A stretch of 64,000 bases of DNA from Kondoa subrosea (taxonomy: Eukaryota): the NCBI GenBank assembly GCA_039545335.1, contig BCIN01000008.1, forward strand, positions 631,528 through 695,527, read 5' to 3'. Shown piece after piece: positions 13,884 to 26,839 of this stretch. The stretch's first letter is position 1, and every line of letters begins with the position of its first letter. Both the position numbers and the translations under genes were made by a program. The notes under the pieces were generated by a model, which did not search any database, was not told the origin of the DNA, and was given only the letters and a program-made list of their open reading frames with translations.

Positions 13884-16201
13884 TCATTTCGCAGCAGGAG
13901 CAGCTGGCATCTCTTGCCCATCAATCAAGGTCTTGAAAATCTCAAGCTTCTTTGATCCTGCGTCATCTTCTTGCGGATGAAATTGAGCATGCGTCCAGAT
14001 CCCGCGTCGTTCGGCTTCACTCAATATCAGAGGACCAGGCTTCTCGAGAAGTGCAGAGACTGTTGTAGTTGAGCTGAAGTCGATCGGATCTTGGGCCCAA
14101 GTTAAAGCTCTTCGATTGCGGTGTTCAATGCTTGCTCGTAAATTTAGATCCGCTCTGATTCGGTTGCAAATGTTGTCAAGGCGTCTTGTAAAGAGCTGGT
14201 TCTCTTCCAACTTTGCCTTAGCATTGCTTTCGTCCCTTTTTGCGATGTTCACGTAGGTGTCTAAGACGGATATGAACTTCGGTTTCGGCTCTAGAAAGCC
14301 TTGGAACAGTTCGAAAGCGGCAGCAAAATGTGCTGTGAGGCTTGTTTTGTAGCATGCGTCGCCGAGAAAATGGATGTCAGGACTGGTAAGATGACCAGAC
14401 TTCGCCCCGGCAACTGTAATACCATATAATGTACCAAGCATTCGTAAAACTCGATTGTCAGTACGTACTACTTTGCCGAACTGGTCCAGCACTGACAATA
14501 TTAGTCACATCTACGGCGAGTGCACTCCTGTTGCATTCGCCATATAGTTCTACTGCCTTCAGACCCTGGAGGACAGGTGTTGCAGCGTCGGCGAAAGCTC
14601 TAACTCTGCTACCCAATTGCAAGATTTGCTCGAATGTTCGAATTTGAGCTCTACTGCTCAATAGCCCAAGTTCTTCATGCTCAGCAAGGCCATTCTGAAT
14701 TGCTTCAAACTTCGTCTTGTCATTACACACCGATATGGGACTGATGTTCGGATACAGAAATCTGCTGTCTGCCAGCTTTGGAGCCATGGCTCGAAGTGCG
14801 AGGAATGCTATCAAATCCTTACGGGTGGTCCCAATATAGCCTCCTATCGTGAAGGTTCTTGCTCTGGAACCATAATGGCTGCGCAGCACAAAAGATCAGC
14901 TTTGGATGGGTAAGGCATGGAAGACCCTGACGTCGAGCTGAGCGAATGTTCGCCGTATCCATCCGCAAAAATCCAAGCCTGCGCATGGCTACGCTGCTGC
15001 TGCAGGTCTGCCCATGTTGATGGAACATTGTGAAAAACTAAGGTCTTGTTGCGACCTTGCTTTTCGGACCCATAGCGTTCTTTGATAATCTTGGAAATAT
15101 GATCCTCGCATTTGTTGTATCCATAATCTTGCTTCAATTGCTGGTATTGCTCCGGCGCAATATCCCTGCCGTTCATCAGCGCCTTCTCTGTTTTGATGGA
15201 TCCAATAACGAAAGCTTGGAGGAAAAGAAAATCCGCAAAATATATATTGCGTGATTCTTGCTGTGAGGTAAAAGGTACGTCGGCAAAGAAGCGCAAAGAG
15301 GCAGGCCAACGTATATGGGGCGGTTGTATATGGCCAAAGAGGTCTCGTGGTTCGCCGGTTCGCCTTCGATGATCTGTTCGCCCTTCATACAGATGAACAA
15401 CAGCGCCAGCGTCGAGAAGCAAAGCTGCAAAATACCAACCAACTAATCCACCACCGATAATGACATACGTTTTGCCATCTAAGGTTTTGGAGGGCATGAT
15501 AATATCATCAGAAGCAAGTAGATGATGTATATTGGGTAGCATGGGCTGACTATTCTTTGCTGCTTGGCTTGCGGTATGCGGTGAGTTGCTGGGCTGCGTT
15601 GCAGCGATTTGAGCCATCTCCACTTGCCAATGGTAGTGTAATTGTTGAGCTGAGTATACAGGTCTCAAATTATGCGGACGTGCAGGGAAGCGGAGCCGTT
15701 CAGGATTGACGTAAAGGTCTTGCTGATCGTGCAAGTCTTTGTGGATCTTAGCTTGCGCTTCCCAGTACTGTTTCTGCAGCGGTGACAGGTCCATCCAGTT
15801 AGCATGATCGCCAGCTACCATTTTACTGAGATTTGGATGGTCCAACCAATTTTGCCAAGTCACCATGCTGGGCTGATGAGTCTTCGGGTCAAGATGAATA
15901 CCCCGGAGCTGCGGGAAATGCGTGCGATAGTATACGTAAGAGCACCGTAATAAGGTCTCTTCACTATTAAGCTTTTGAGGCGATGTATCAGAAGGCAAGT
16001 ACTGTTGATGATCAGAATGCTTTGGATCAAAGGTCTTCTGGTATTCTCCAAAATGCTTAGGAGACTGTCATATCAAAGGACTCTCAGCGGGTCCCATAAA
16101 CTGAAAAGATTACTTACAGCTGTGATGTCTAGGCCTGGGAACTTCGGATGCGAAACAGGCGGGAATCTGCTAACAGGAGGAAGTTTGAAGGAGGATGTCA
16201 T
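13884..16201 (-). CDS. Orphan protein: HMG-box-like N-terminal domain plus FAD-dependent oxidoreductase-like domain (4 predicted exons)
   Basis: ATG at 16201 and a 53-nt intron at 16065-16117. RCSYVYYR...NLSKMVA...WMDLSPLQKQYWEAQAKIHKDLH is HMG-like. VIIGGGLVG...VHLYEGR, IFADGYG and IHFLGDAC are flavoprotein motifs. Predicted introns near 14879-14931 and about 14450-14495 join the three ORFs. Confidence 0.6.
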
Positions 16202-16784
16202 GTTAATTGGCTCGATTTGAGATGATGTTGAAGATGATAATAGGATTAGTTTGGAAAGAAAGAGCGAAGAGAGCAGAATAGAATCGTTTTGTTCATGTTT
16301 CCCTTTGTCTAGTCCTGAGTCATGAAACATGAAATTCAAGCGATGAAGCAAGTCTGAGATCGACCGACAGTGTAGCAGCAGCAGCAGCAGCATTCGATAG
16401 CCTGAGAACCCGAGCAAGCCAATGACCGATATCGAGGCATCCGAAATTGTCCACCGCGAATGCCTGAATTTGTCCGTCTAGATCTCTGGCAATTTGCCCA
16501 CAACCTGTGTACTCATACATGATACCGCGAGAGGAGCTCCGAGCCGAATTCGAAAGTAATTCAACCAATGTTGCAAGATCTTTAGTACTGGCAATGATCA
16601 ACTTGCGAAGAAACTGTAGCAGTCAATCGATACAGCAAAGAACATGACTTGCAGAGCACGGCAGACCAATCGAAAGTATAACTTGAGAGATTCGAACGAG
16701 CGCTGTATGGACCTCAAACAGCTCGACAGATCAAGCAAAGAAGCACGAAGACGCATAGCAGGAGCATACAGCGATCAACAGCAC

Positions 16785-17470
16785 GTATCGGCACAGCTCA
16801 GAGAACATCACAGATCAAGTCCAACCTGCATTTTTCCAAAATCCAAGATCTTGTCTCGAAGCAGTCATGTTCCTCGCTTCCTTCACTCAGCGGCTCTCGC
16901 AGTTACCCCCAGCACTTACACGATACTTATCGACTTCACCTGAACCTTCAGCTTTAGCTCTCCTTCGATCTCAACCAGCACACTACATTGTCGCTCAATT
17001 CCATTTACGCAAATATTTACTCACACCTAATGATATTCTCACCTTACCTCGGATTAATGGATTAGCAGTAGGAGATGTGATTCAGCTGGACAGGATAATA
17101 GAAGTCGGTTCGAGGGATTATACATTGAGGCCGTCGAGTGCAGCAAATGAAGGAGGAGGGGCATTGAGGGAAGATCAAGTCAAAGTCTATGCTACGGTTG
17201 TGGAACATACTAAATCGAAGATGCAAGTGATTGAGAAGTTTAAGAGAAGACAGAGGTATAGCAGGAGATTGATACATAAGGGCATGTGGTCAGTCTGCGC
17301 TGATTTTACTGTGATTTGTGGCATACTGATGATGTATGCAGGACAAGACTGAGGATTGGAGAGATTCAGATTGATCAGGATAGTCAAGATGGACAAATAA
17401 GTCAAAATCAAGCGATGCCAGAAGAGCAAAGGGTAGACGAGAATGCGATGCATACGGCTGGACCGTAGAA
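16785..17470 (+). repeat. Inverted repeat arm A (bL21m gene plus about 80 bp upstream), partner at 49805-50485
   Basis: Direct base comparison with the reverse complement of 49805-50485. Roughly 90% identical in exon 1 by eye. Confidence 0.95.
16867..17468 (+). CDS. MRPL49: Mitochondrial ribosomal protein bL21m, copy 1 (2 exons)
   Basis: GDVIQLDRIIEVGSRDYTL...VYATVVEHTKSKMQVIEKFKRRQRYSR...W|TRLRIGEI, with an N-terminal presequence-like region. Confidence 0.9.
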
Positions 17471-17985
17471 GTAGTGCGTACCTGGCATTCTGATGAGTCT
17501 CTGCTCATTATGGTGTCTTGGTTCACGCACAGGCATTGTATAATGGATCAATGTGCATGTTTTCAGCTTACAGCGTCTCCTTCTTTTCTTCTTATCACAC
17601 TCTTCTCTGTCTTCAATCTAATCACACCTGCTCTCCTGGTCTTTCGTTTGGCTATAGAATGCTGGCTTCCTCTGATCCGTTGACTGAACTCCGCTTAGAA
17701 CCGCAAGGACCGTTCCAGTTCGCCTTTCACTGATTGGCTAAGTACTTGACAGCTCTGCTGCTACTTGCGGCACACGATTTCTGGGCAGATTGCCCAGAAG
17801 CTTGAGCGGATTATCGCGAAGGTTCATGTTCTGCCATGTATTTACTGTAGCTTTTCATACATATTCATATCACAGCTGTCGTCACAAAGCATCGCTCATC
17901 TGTCACGTCTGCTCGCCAAATAGCTGACTTTCGACTTTTTGTCTTGAACATCCATTTGCTCGACGAGACAAGATTTGCTTGTTGT

Positions 17986-19394
17986 ATGACCCTGCGCTGT
18001 TTGATACCTAATCCTACTATCATCAGACGATCCTTCACTACAGCTCCAGCTCGCAACTTGCTGTCAAACGAAATGAAGTCCTATTACTTGACTTTAACAG
18101 CTCATCAAGACCGACCTGGTATCTCTTCAAGCGTCTCCACTTTCTTAGCCGAACATAACCTCAACATCCTCGAATCAGCTCAGTATGGTGATGCAACTAC
18201 TTCTTCCTTTTTTATGAGAAACCATTTTGCTGTTGTTGATGGATTGAGCACTTTGAATGAATTGGAAGAGATTAAAGAAAAGTTTCAAGATGTTTGCGCC
18301 AAGAAATTAGGAGCAGAGTTTGAGATTCATAGAGCGGAAGAGAAACCTAGAGTATTACTAAGTCAGTCTTTCAACTTTCCACCTCAACTCTTAACTCTTT
18401 CCTTGCAAATGCTAAGATATGGATATTGACAGTGGTATCGAAGATCGGTCATTGTCTCAACGATCTATTATTCAGAACATCAACAGGTCAATTACCAGTA
18501 GAAGTAGCAGCCATAGTATCCAATCATCCTGATTTTCAAGCTTTGGCTCAAATGTACAAAATCCCTTTTCATCATATTCCAGTAACTAAAGAAACCAAAG
18601 CCGAAGCAGAAGGTAGAGTGTTGGAATTGATCAAAAAAGAGAATGTGGAATTGGTTGTTCTGGCACGGTATATGCAAGTCATGAGCGCTCACTTCTGCGA
18701 GAAAGCGGTATGCTCTCTTCTCTTCTTATCGCCATAACATAGGCTCAGATGAATGGGGTTTCAGCCGCCAACGATCAACGTACATCATGGTCTATGTACG
18801 CATCATTTCTGTTATATGCTGTGCACCGCTAACATGTCTATGTTAGTACCTGCTTTCCAAGGAGCCAAGCCGTATCACCAAGCCTTTGCAAGAGGTACAA
18901 AGATGTACGTTGCTCACATCCAAGCATTTTTTAATATGCTTAGGGATGCGAACAAATGTACAGAATAGGTGCAACAGGTAAGATACATTCGCTCTTCACC
19001 TTCATGTAATACATGCTCAATCATCTCGTAGCTCACTTCGCTACTGCTGATTTGGATGAAGGCCGTTCGTGCTATACTTTTCTCTTTTTGATGATAATAG
19101 CTGACTTTGCCATTGAAGCAATCATCGAACAAGGAGTAGAAAAAGGTTCGTTGCTAGGAACTTCACTCGAGAGAGACATTCAGGCTGATTGATCCGACAG
19201 TCAAACATGATATGGACCCTAAAGCACTCGTCAATGCTGGATCGGCTATTGAATGCGCTGTTCTGAGCAGAGCTGTCAAATGGTGGGCTGAGAGAAGAGT
19301 GCTGCTGGTTCGTCTTTCAAGTCATTGATCCATTTCGATGTGTGATAGCTGATGTGAATGATAGAACGGTTACAAGACTGTTGTTTTCTCGTAA
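17986..19394 (+). CDS. purU: Formyltetrahydrofolate deformylase, multi-exon
   Basis: ACT domain DRPGISSSVSTFL, VSKIGHCLNDLL, VVLARYMQV, INVHH, PAFQGAKPYHQA, ATADLDEG. Confidence 0.93.
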
Positions 19395-19605
19395 ATCCGG
19401 ATGAAATTAGCAGTACTGCAACTAGAATCGAAGGGTAGAGCGTAATGTAAAAGACTCGATAGATGATTGTTAGAATAGAGGTCCTAAACTACAACGGGAA
19501 TCATAGTGAATTTGAATCTAGCTATTTACAAATGGTTTCGATGCTATGCATTTACCTACTTCTTTTCCCATTTTACCTCTATGCTATCATATTAATGACG
19601 ACTTA

Positions 19606-22600
19606 TCAATGCACTGCATTCTCATCTATAGCTGTCATCAGTAAAATCCGAGACTTTCGAATGCCAGCGACTCACAATCCTCCGCGTTCAGCAGACTTGC
19701 ATCGTCGTCATAGTATCCATCCGTGAACGATAGATATCCGTGATGCCTGCTTCTTCCAAAAGGCAGTCGACTGCTGACATATGCCCAAGTCGACTGCACT
19801 GTTCCAATAACGTAATACGGTATCGAAGCTACCACTCCGAGTACATTCGACTTGAGATCATCTCCACCTGCGCCATTTTCGAAATCCCCTGGTTCAGGTA
19901 ATCGAATTCGACCCGTTCGAGCAATTCCTTTTCTTCTTGCATACCAAAGCGCAACTAAACCAGATAAGAAGCATGGAGCGATAATTATGCTGGTCCACCA
20001 GAAGAATCCATGTGAAGATAAAGCAGGACAAGGATGAGCTGCTCCTCGATCTGGTCGATTGCCGCCATCGCAGGAGGACATAGGTACTTTACGATAAGCG
20101 GTCCGCTCGTACCAGTAGTCTTGGCCCCAGCCGCATGTTGTATTGGAAGCGAGCATAGTTGCGCCCGGAACGAGCACGCATTGACCTTGTTCGTTGCGAA
20201 CGTGGTTAAATTCGCTGAGAAACAGATTAGAGGCAGAAGTCAGTACAATGATATAATATCGTACCACTCGAAATCGTCATCTGTGCAAGCACATGTTCGA
20301 ACAGTCTTGAAAGGTTGAGGTAATTGTTCCCCAATATAGCAATTCCGGTCTCTTATTCTTCTGTGGTAGAGAGTCTGTATACAAGAGTCAGGAGATCACG
20401 ACTATGGAAGCGGTAACCTCACTTGTCTACCAAAGAGACATGCTTCTGCTCTGAGCTCGCTCGGACTCCATTGCTCAAAGTCGTCTGCTGATGGGTTGGC
20501 TGTATTGAGAACGCCTGCAAGAGGACAGTGAGCAATATGTTTTGATAGACAAGAGGAGCACGAACATTTGACATTGGTAATCTTAGAAAAGTCCAAATGT
20601 ATGGCAACGCTAGCATCTTGCTTCCGCGGCGAATACCCAAGAAGCACGAATTTGCGACTAGTATCTTGCGGAACAGTGATTATTGATCGAACTTTGATGG
20701 CATCGCCAAAGACATAGTCTGACCACGTCAAGCCTTGATCTAAGCTGTAAGTAACTCGATCTGTTGCGATTTCATCATTTGCAAGGACCAGAATCGTGCC
20801 TTGATCGCCAAATTCCCACAGATGAGCATCTTTGTGAACTTCTTGCCACGAAAAGCCGCCATCGCGGGTCAGAAAAGTGTCGCTATCGGCGTAAGGTGCC
20901 AAAGTAACTCCGACATTGCCAACTGCCATCATCAGGCCAACAGCAGTTGGACTACTATATGTCGCTCTTGGATCCGTTCGTTCCGTGTAGCCGTGTAGAT
21001 GTAGTGCGCAAGCCTGTAAAGCGTCAGTGAGCATTCGCATTCGGTCGCGTTACATTCGACTCACAGTGGAACCACACGAATAGGCGTTACCTAAAGCATC
21101 CCGAGCAGGAGGAGGGACAGCTCGCCAACGACCACCTATGACGATATTCAAATGTGTCACCAGAAGTCCAACTTGATTACTTACCGTCATTATGCGTGAT
21201 ACGAGTTTGAAGTTTCTTGTTTCCTGTTATACTTGCTTCATCTGGGTTGCTGACGATGTTCATGACAGCGATGCCTTCCAGGCCTGACATTTTTTCGAAG
21301 TCCACAAAGCCTCTGTCATTGCGATTCGCGTATCTGCAAGGAAGATCAGTACGAGTAACAATAACGCAAATCACCGAGCCCACTCAAGTGACAGGGTGAA
21401 GTCTGTTCCATTTGAGTTGCTCTTGAACAGACTGCCCCATTCTGAACCGGACTTGGATTGCGTAGTGGCGTGCAAGAAGATAGAATTGGTTACAGATTCG
21501 AGAACAGTGTAAGCCTGGTTCTCGAGGCGTATGTTTGGCGGGAAACGAGCTTGAGCGAAAGTAAGTCCCTCAAGAGATACCATGAGCCCAAGTGAGCCTT
21601 TGTCATCGGTCTAAACAACAGTCAACGATAGATTTGACATATCAATAATCTCTCACCCTGACGACAACCATGTATTCAGCGAATGTTGCGAAGCCAATGA
21701 TGGAGTTGAAGATCATCTTCTTTTGAGTATATAAATTGCCACCATACACAAGTTGAAGTGGATTATTATTGTCAAGCGATCTCTGCGACCCTTGCTTATC
21801 GCGATAAGATTCGCAGAAGATGACCCTTTCATCTATCCTGAAGGCAGAGTCTCTACCCCAGGAGCAAGTACGAACGTAAGAGTCAATTTCTGTCCAGGAG
21901 TAGCCATCATCGCGGGAGTAGAATGCGACAGCTCTGCAATTGGTAGAAAGACTGGAAGAACAGTCTCTGCTGCCGGTGAAGATTAACCAATTATCTCGAC
22001 GAGGGTGAAAGTCAAGAAGTTCTAAACCAAGACCATTTGCGTCTATTGGCATATCGAAGGACTTCCAATTTGCTCCTGCGTCGGACGTCCACCAGACCAC
22101 ACGGCTAGATCCGACAAGATAGGCTCGCTTTCTGAAGTAAGGATGCATGTTCATGCTGAGGAAGGTCGACCCAGGCCGAACTTGAGACCATGTAAAACCT
22201 TCGTTGAGCGAGACCCAAGCGGTATTATCAGCGCAGAAGGCAAGAATGGACTGTGATCAGACTGTCAGCTTGTAGAACAGCGGATCAGAAGCGACATACA
22301 TGCGAATCTCCGCCGAAGTAGGACTGATCAACTATGAGAGAAAGGAATTCGAACTAAAAAGAACCAGTCAGTATTCATTCCACTTCCACACACGAATTGG
22401 CTGGACATACTCTTTGATGTGAAACTTCGCCAGGAGCAGCAACGCCTTTGCAATAATTGATGATCAGCACTGACTTCTTACCTTCATGATCTACTCACCT
22501 TGATTGCAGTCATTTATCTTGAGTGCATCTTTTGGTTTGCCTTGAGTGATGCATGTATTGCCAGGTACTTTCCGATAACCAGAAGAGCCCAAGAATGAAT

Positions 22601-24954
22601 CCCCAGCGTTCTTGCACTGACCGGCTGGAATCTGCTGAGGACCAGCGAGGACACATTCGTTGCCATCAAGTACGTAATTGTAGTCACTAAGGTTATGATT
22701 CAGCTTTTGTCAAGGTGACATTCCGGAAACGACACGTACCATTCGTAATCCTCATCAGTACAAACACAGTTTTCTTCTCTGCCAACAGGATCCTTGAATT
22801 TCTCTGCCACGACGCAATTTGCGTCAGGTTTCCTTCTTCTGAAGTAATCCTGTTGATGCGCGGCATTCAGAATCAGCCAAGGCTGAAATTGAAATGTCAC
22901 GCAACCAACCTTGTGACCCATCAAGCAATCCGCGTCACCTCCAGGTGCTCGAGCATACCATTTCTCAAAGTCTGCCTCTCCACATTTGCGAATGTTCATA
23001 GTAGCGAAATCGATATGCATGATAATATGTCTTTCTCCGCTGGCGCTGAGAGAGCCTTTAGGTAGAGTTCCGATGAGCAAGAACTCTTGTGAAGTCGAAT
23101 CTGGAATCGTTGTCAATACAGAAGCGCGAACTTTGACTTCGAGATCTAAATCTTTCCAAGTCTGACCGAAATCGAGAGAATAATGTAGAATGCTTGAAGC
23201 CTCCTCGTCGTCCATCAAGACCAAAATTGATCCTTGATCACCAAATTCGTACTTGTTTGCTCCTTCGTCTACCATTCGCCATGTCAATCCAGCATCAGAG
23301 GAAAGGAAAGTGTCGCAATCTTCGTATGGTAGCAATCTGTCACCTATCGATCCAACACCGATAACGAAGCCTGGTGCCGTAGAAGAGAAGACGCGTCCCA
23401 AATTGTGTGCTTGTGTCACGCCGTGTAGATGAAGAGAGCAAGTCATCTGTTATTATTACTATTAAGCGATCGATCACCATTGAAAAGATGAAGACGAACA
23501 GTATCTGACGTATCACATTTGACATTATTCCCTTTCCAATCCTTTGCAGGCGCTTTAAGAGGTTCCCATCTCGCACCATCATCGAAAGTGATTCGACTCT
23601 GAATGATTCTAGCTCCTTTCCCATCCGATCCTCTGAAATCTTCCCAATTAGCCAACACATTAGCAACAGCTACTCCTTCTACATTCTCCAATTTCTCAAA
23701 ATCCACAATCCCAGCTTTGTTTCGATTGGTATGTTCGAGCGAACGAACAAACATTGTTCCATCTGAATTAGATGTAAAGAGTGTTCCAGAATTGGATTGA
23801 GGATCAGTAAGGACATCGACTAATATTGAGTAAGGTGTTGAATCCACAATCGTATAAGCGTTTTCTTTCAACCCGTGACCATGGGGGAAAACGCCTCTCT
23901 TCCATGATTGACCATCTTTAGAGACATAAAGCAACATCTCATCATTCCCTCCAGAAGATCCAGTAGTAGGACCAGAAGGTTCAGATTCGGTAGTAGGTTT
24001 CAAAGCGACGACAAGAAAAGATTGAGTTGATCCTATACCAACGATTCCTCTCGCTTCTTTTGCTCCGATACCCAGATCCACGAACTTGCGATCTGACTTG
24101 AAGAAATCCGTTGAAGAATACAAACGAGATTCTCTTAAAGTTCTTGATCCTGCTAACCAATCTTTGATAGTATCTAATCGCGAATTGGCAGGATGATCAG
24201 AAGCAGCTTCAGAGTTAGGTGATTCGAAAGCAATGCAGAAGATGAGTTCATTGGCTACTGAAGCAGAGAATTCTTTAGTCGAATGAGCCCAAACGCATCG
24301 GGAAGTATGGTCGAGCAATTTGACAGGAGCAGATTCGAAAGCGTTTTGCGTGTAGTAGGCTTCTTCGAAACAGACTTTGCCTCTCCAAGCTCCAGATTCC
24401 GTTTCGCAGTTCTGACCAGTAAAGATAATCCAATCCCATTTAACCGCGTGGAAAGCCAATGAATTAAATCCGCCTAGACCAGGTGGTAGCGGAGTCTCGA
24501 AAGATAACCAAGATTGACCTCGATTGACTGTTCTCCAATGTTTGGTTCCTTTGGTCATAATAAAGGCCTACAGTATTGAATTACTTAGCGGACTCTTCAT
24601 ACGCAAGCGACCGAACTGACCACTCCTATATCGTAAGGATGTTCTATCACAACATAGGCATCTCCAGTAGGTACAGTATCGATCAAAGCCCAAGATTTGC
24701 CTTCGTCTGTACTGCGCCAGACGTTTCTTGCAGCTCCATCGTGGTATAGGATCACAGAAGAATCATCAAAGTAGACTAATCGGGATGGTCCAGAGTCCCT
24801 ATGAATCCATTGTGTCAGCTTGAGTTATTCGCGCGCATGACAAGGTGTCGGCGAACATGAGAGTGTGCGTCACTGTAGCTGACTGCGCCAGAGCACCAAG
24901 TAGCGCTATTAGCTGCCATAGTAGCAGCCAGAGCAGGTTCCTGCGCAGCTTCAT
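19606..24954 (-). CDS. VPS10: Vacuolar sorting receptor Vps10 (two Vps10/sortilin domains, TM segment, cytosolic tail)
   Basis: Signal peptide [11 protein letters not shown], repeated BNR motifs ([33 protein letters not shown]), VDFEK twice, EFGDQG twice, Cys-rich modules and [24 protein letters not shown]. Confidence 0.96.
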
Positions 24955-25203
24955 AGGCGAAGTGATGGTCTCGTGTCGACCTTCTGAATTCGCAAGCTCC
25001 TTGTCTTGAACGATCTCAGCCGCCAAAAGTAGTCCTCCTCAGTGTATATTATAGCACTACACAGATACCAAAGCAAAGAGCTATCTTAGACTTCTCTGGC
25101 GAAGTGCTGCACGACCAGTTACCTCCGAGGTTCTACTCGCACAAGCATCGCTACATCTCTCAGTTTGCCTGCATCTTCTCCGTAACCTCGCTAATCATCC
25201 AAT

Positions 25204-26574
25204 ATGACCGTCATTTGCTTTGATCCTCCGCTCAAAGAAGTTTGTGACCCCAATTCAAGCTCCTCAGTTTCTGTCTTATGTGGTTCTGTATAGGCGAAAC
25301 CTGCTCCTCGGATATCGGACAGCGTGATGGAAATGTTCTCACTCAAAGGCAAAGTAGCTGTTATAACGTGAATTACTTCTTTACTGCATTATGTGCAATG
25401 ACGAAGGAAAGTCTGAATCTTGATGTTTTTCAGCGGGTCTGGCACTGGGATTGGATATCAAGTAGCTCGAGGGTATGCCGAAGCAGGAGCGGATCGTGCG
25501 TCTTTGTTCTCTTCCTGTCGATTATGAGTTCATATTCGTCTCGGAAAGTCGCTATGTGGTAAGATCGGGTTTATAGTAAAGTCTTTATGTAAAAGCTCAC
25601 TGATTAGATTAGGTATCGCTCCACCAAAGATACTGTACAGAAAGCAGAAGAACTCGCAAAAGAATTCGGCATAAAGGCAAAAGCATATCAAGTAGATGTT
25701 TCCGTAAATTCGCCCTATCTGTCATGCTACTGTATACACTGCTCAATCTCTGTTAATAGGTTTCGGAAGAAGTCACATCCACTATGAAACAGGTTCAGCA
25801 AGATTTAGGTCGAATTGATGTAGTCGTCGCCAATGCTGGAATGCCTTGCTCTGGTCCAGTCAACGAGATAACGGATGAGCAATGGCGGAAGTTCAACGGA
25901 GTGAATTATGATAGTGTCTGTACGTTTTCAATTACAGCTCTTCAGTACAACAATGGCTAATTATCGTGTCCCAGTCTTCACTGCTCGGGCTGTTGGACCG
26001 TGAGTCTGCGCAAATCAAGTCAAGCTCGTGCTCACAACGATGCAGTATCTTCGAAAAGCAGGGAAACGGATCATTTATCGTTACGTCTTCGATGGTAAAT
26101 ACTTCTGCTACATGGATTCATTGCAAACGACTGACCAAATATTGTTCTGCAGTCTGGCAGGATAGTAAATGTACCAGGTAAATACTTTCTGATTTCTGCC
26201 AGCAGTCTCCTGATCCGAATCAAATTTACAGCTACACAAGCAGTCTATAACGGGACGAAAGCTGCTGTGACGCATTTCGTAAAGTCACTAGCATTCGATT
26301 GGAAAGATTTCGCTCGATGCAACATCGTCTCACCTGGCTTCGTACAAACTGGGATGGGGGCTGGCGAATCGGCAGTCAATACGGCGATCAATATGGCTGT
26401 CCAAGGTCGACAAGCTGATCCGAGAGAGTTCAAAGGCATCTATTTGTATCTGGCTTCTGATGCTAGTTCGTACGCTACCGGCAGCGAATTCATAATTGAT
26501 GGAGGTAAGTACTCGCGCAAAACTTTCGAATCTGGCAATTGCTGATTTGCATTTCAGGCTATACGTTGCCGTAA
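25204..26574 (+). CDS. Short-chain dehydrogenase (sorbose/L-xylulose reductase-like), multi-exon
   Basis: MFSLKGKVAVIT..GSGTGIG, GRIDVVVANAG, YNGTKAAV (YxxxK), RCNIVSPG, YLYLASDASSYATGSEFIIDGG. Confidence 0.9.
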
Positions 26575-26839
26575 AGCGGGATGTATCAGAGACTCAAGGT
26601 ACCAGCCACTTGACGCTATTCTCAGAGTAGCGATAAAAGGAGGTCGAAAGGCGATTACGAAGAGTTGTAACCTGAATGTGATATCACACACATTTGACTC
26701 GGATCTGGCCAGAGTAGGCCGCTAGAGCTAGACCAAAATAACTTTGGAAGCGACGAGAAGTCAAACGCATCTAGCGAGATGAGCATCATTGCGCAGACTC
26801 GCGATGAAACACGCTTGTTCCTCGTCCACGACACGCGCA

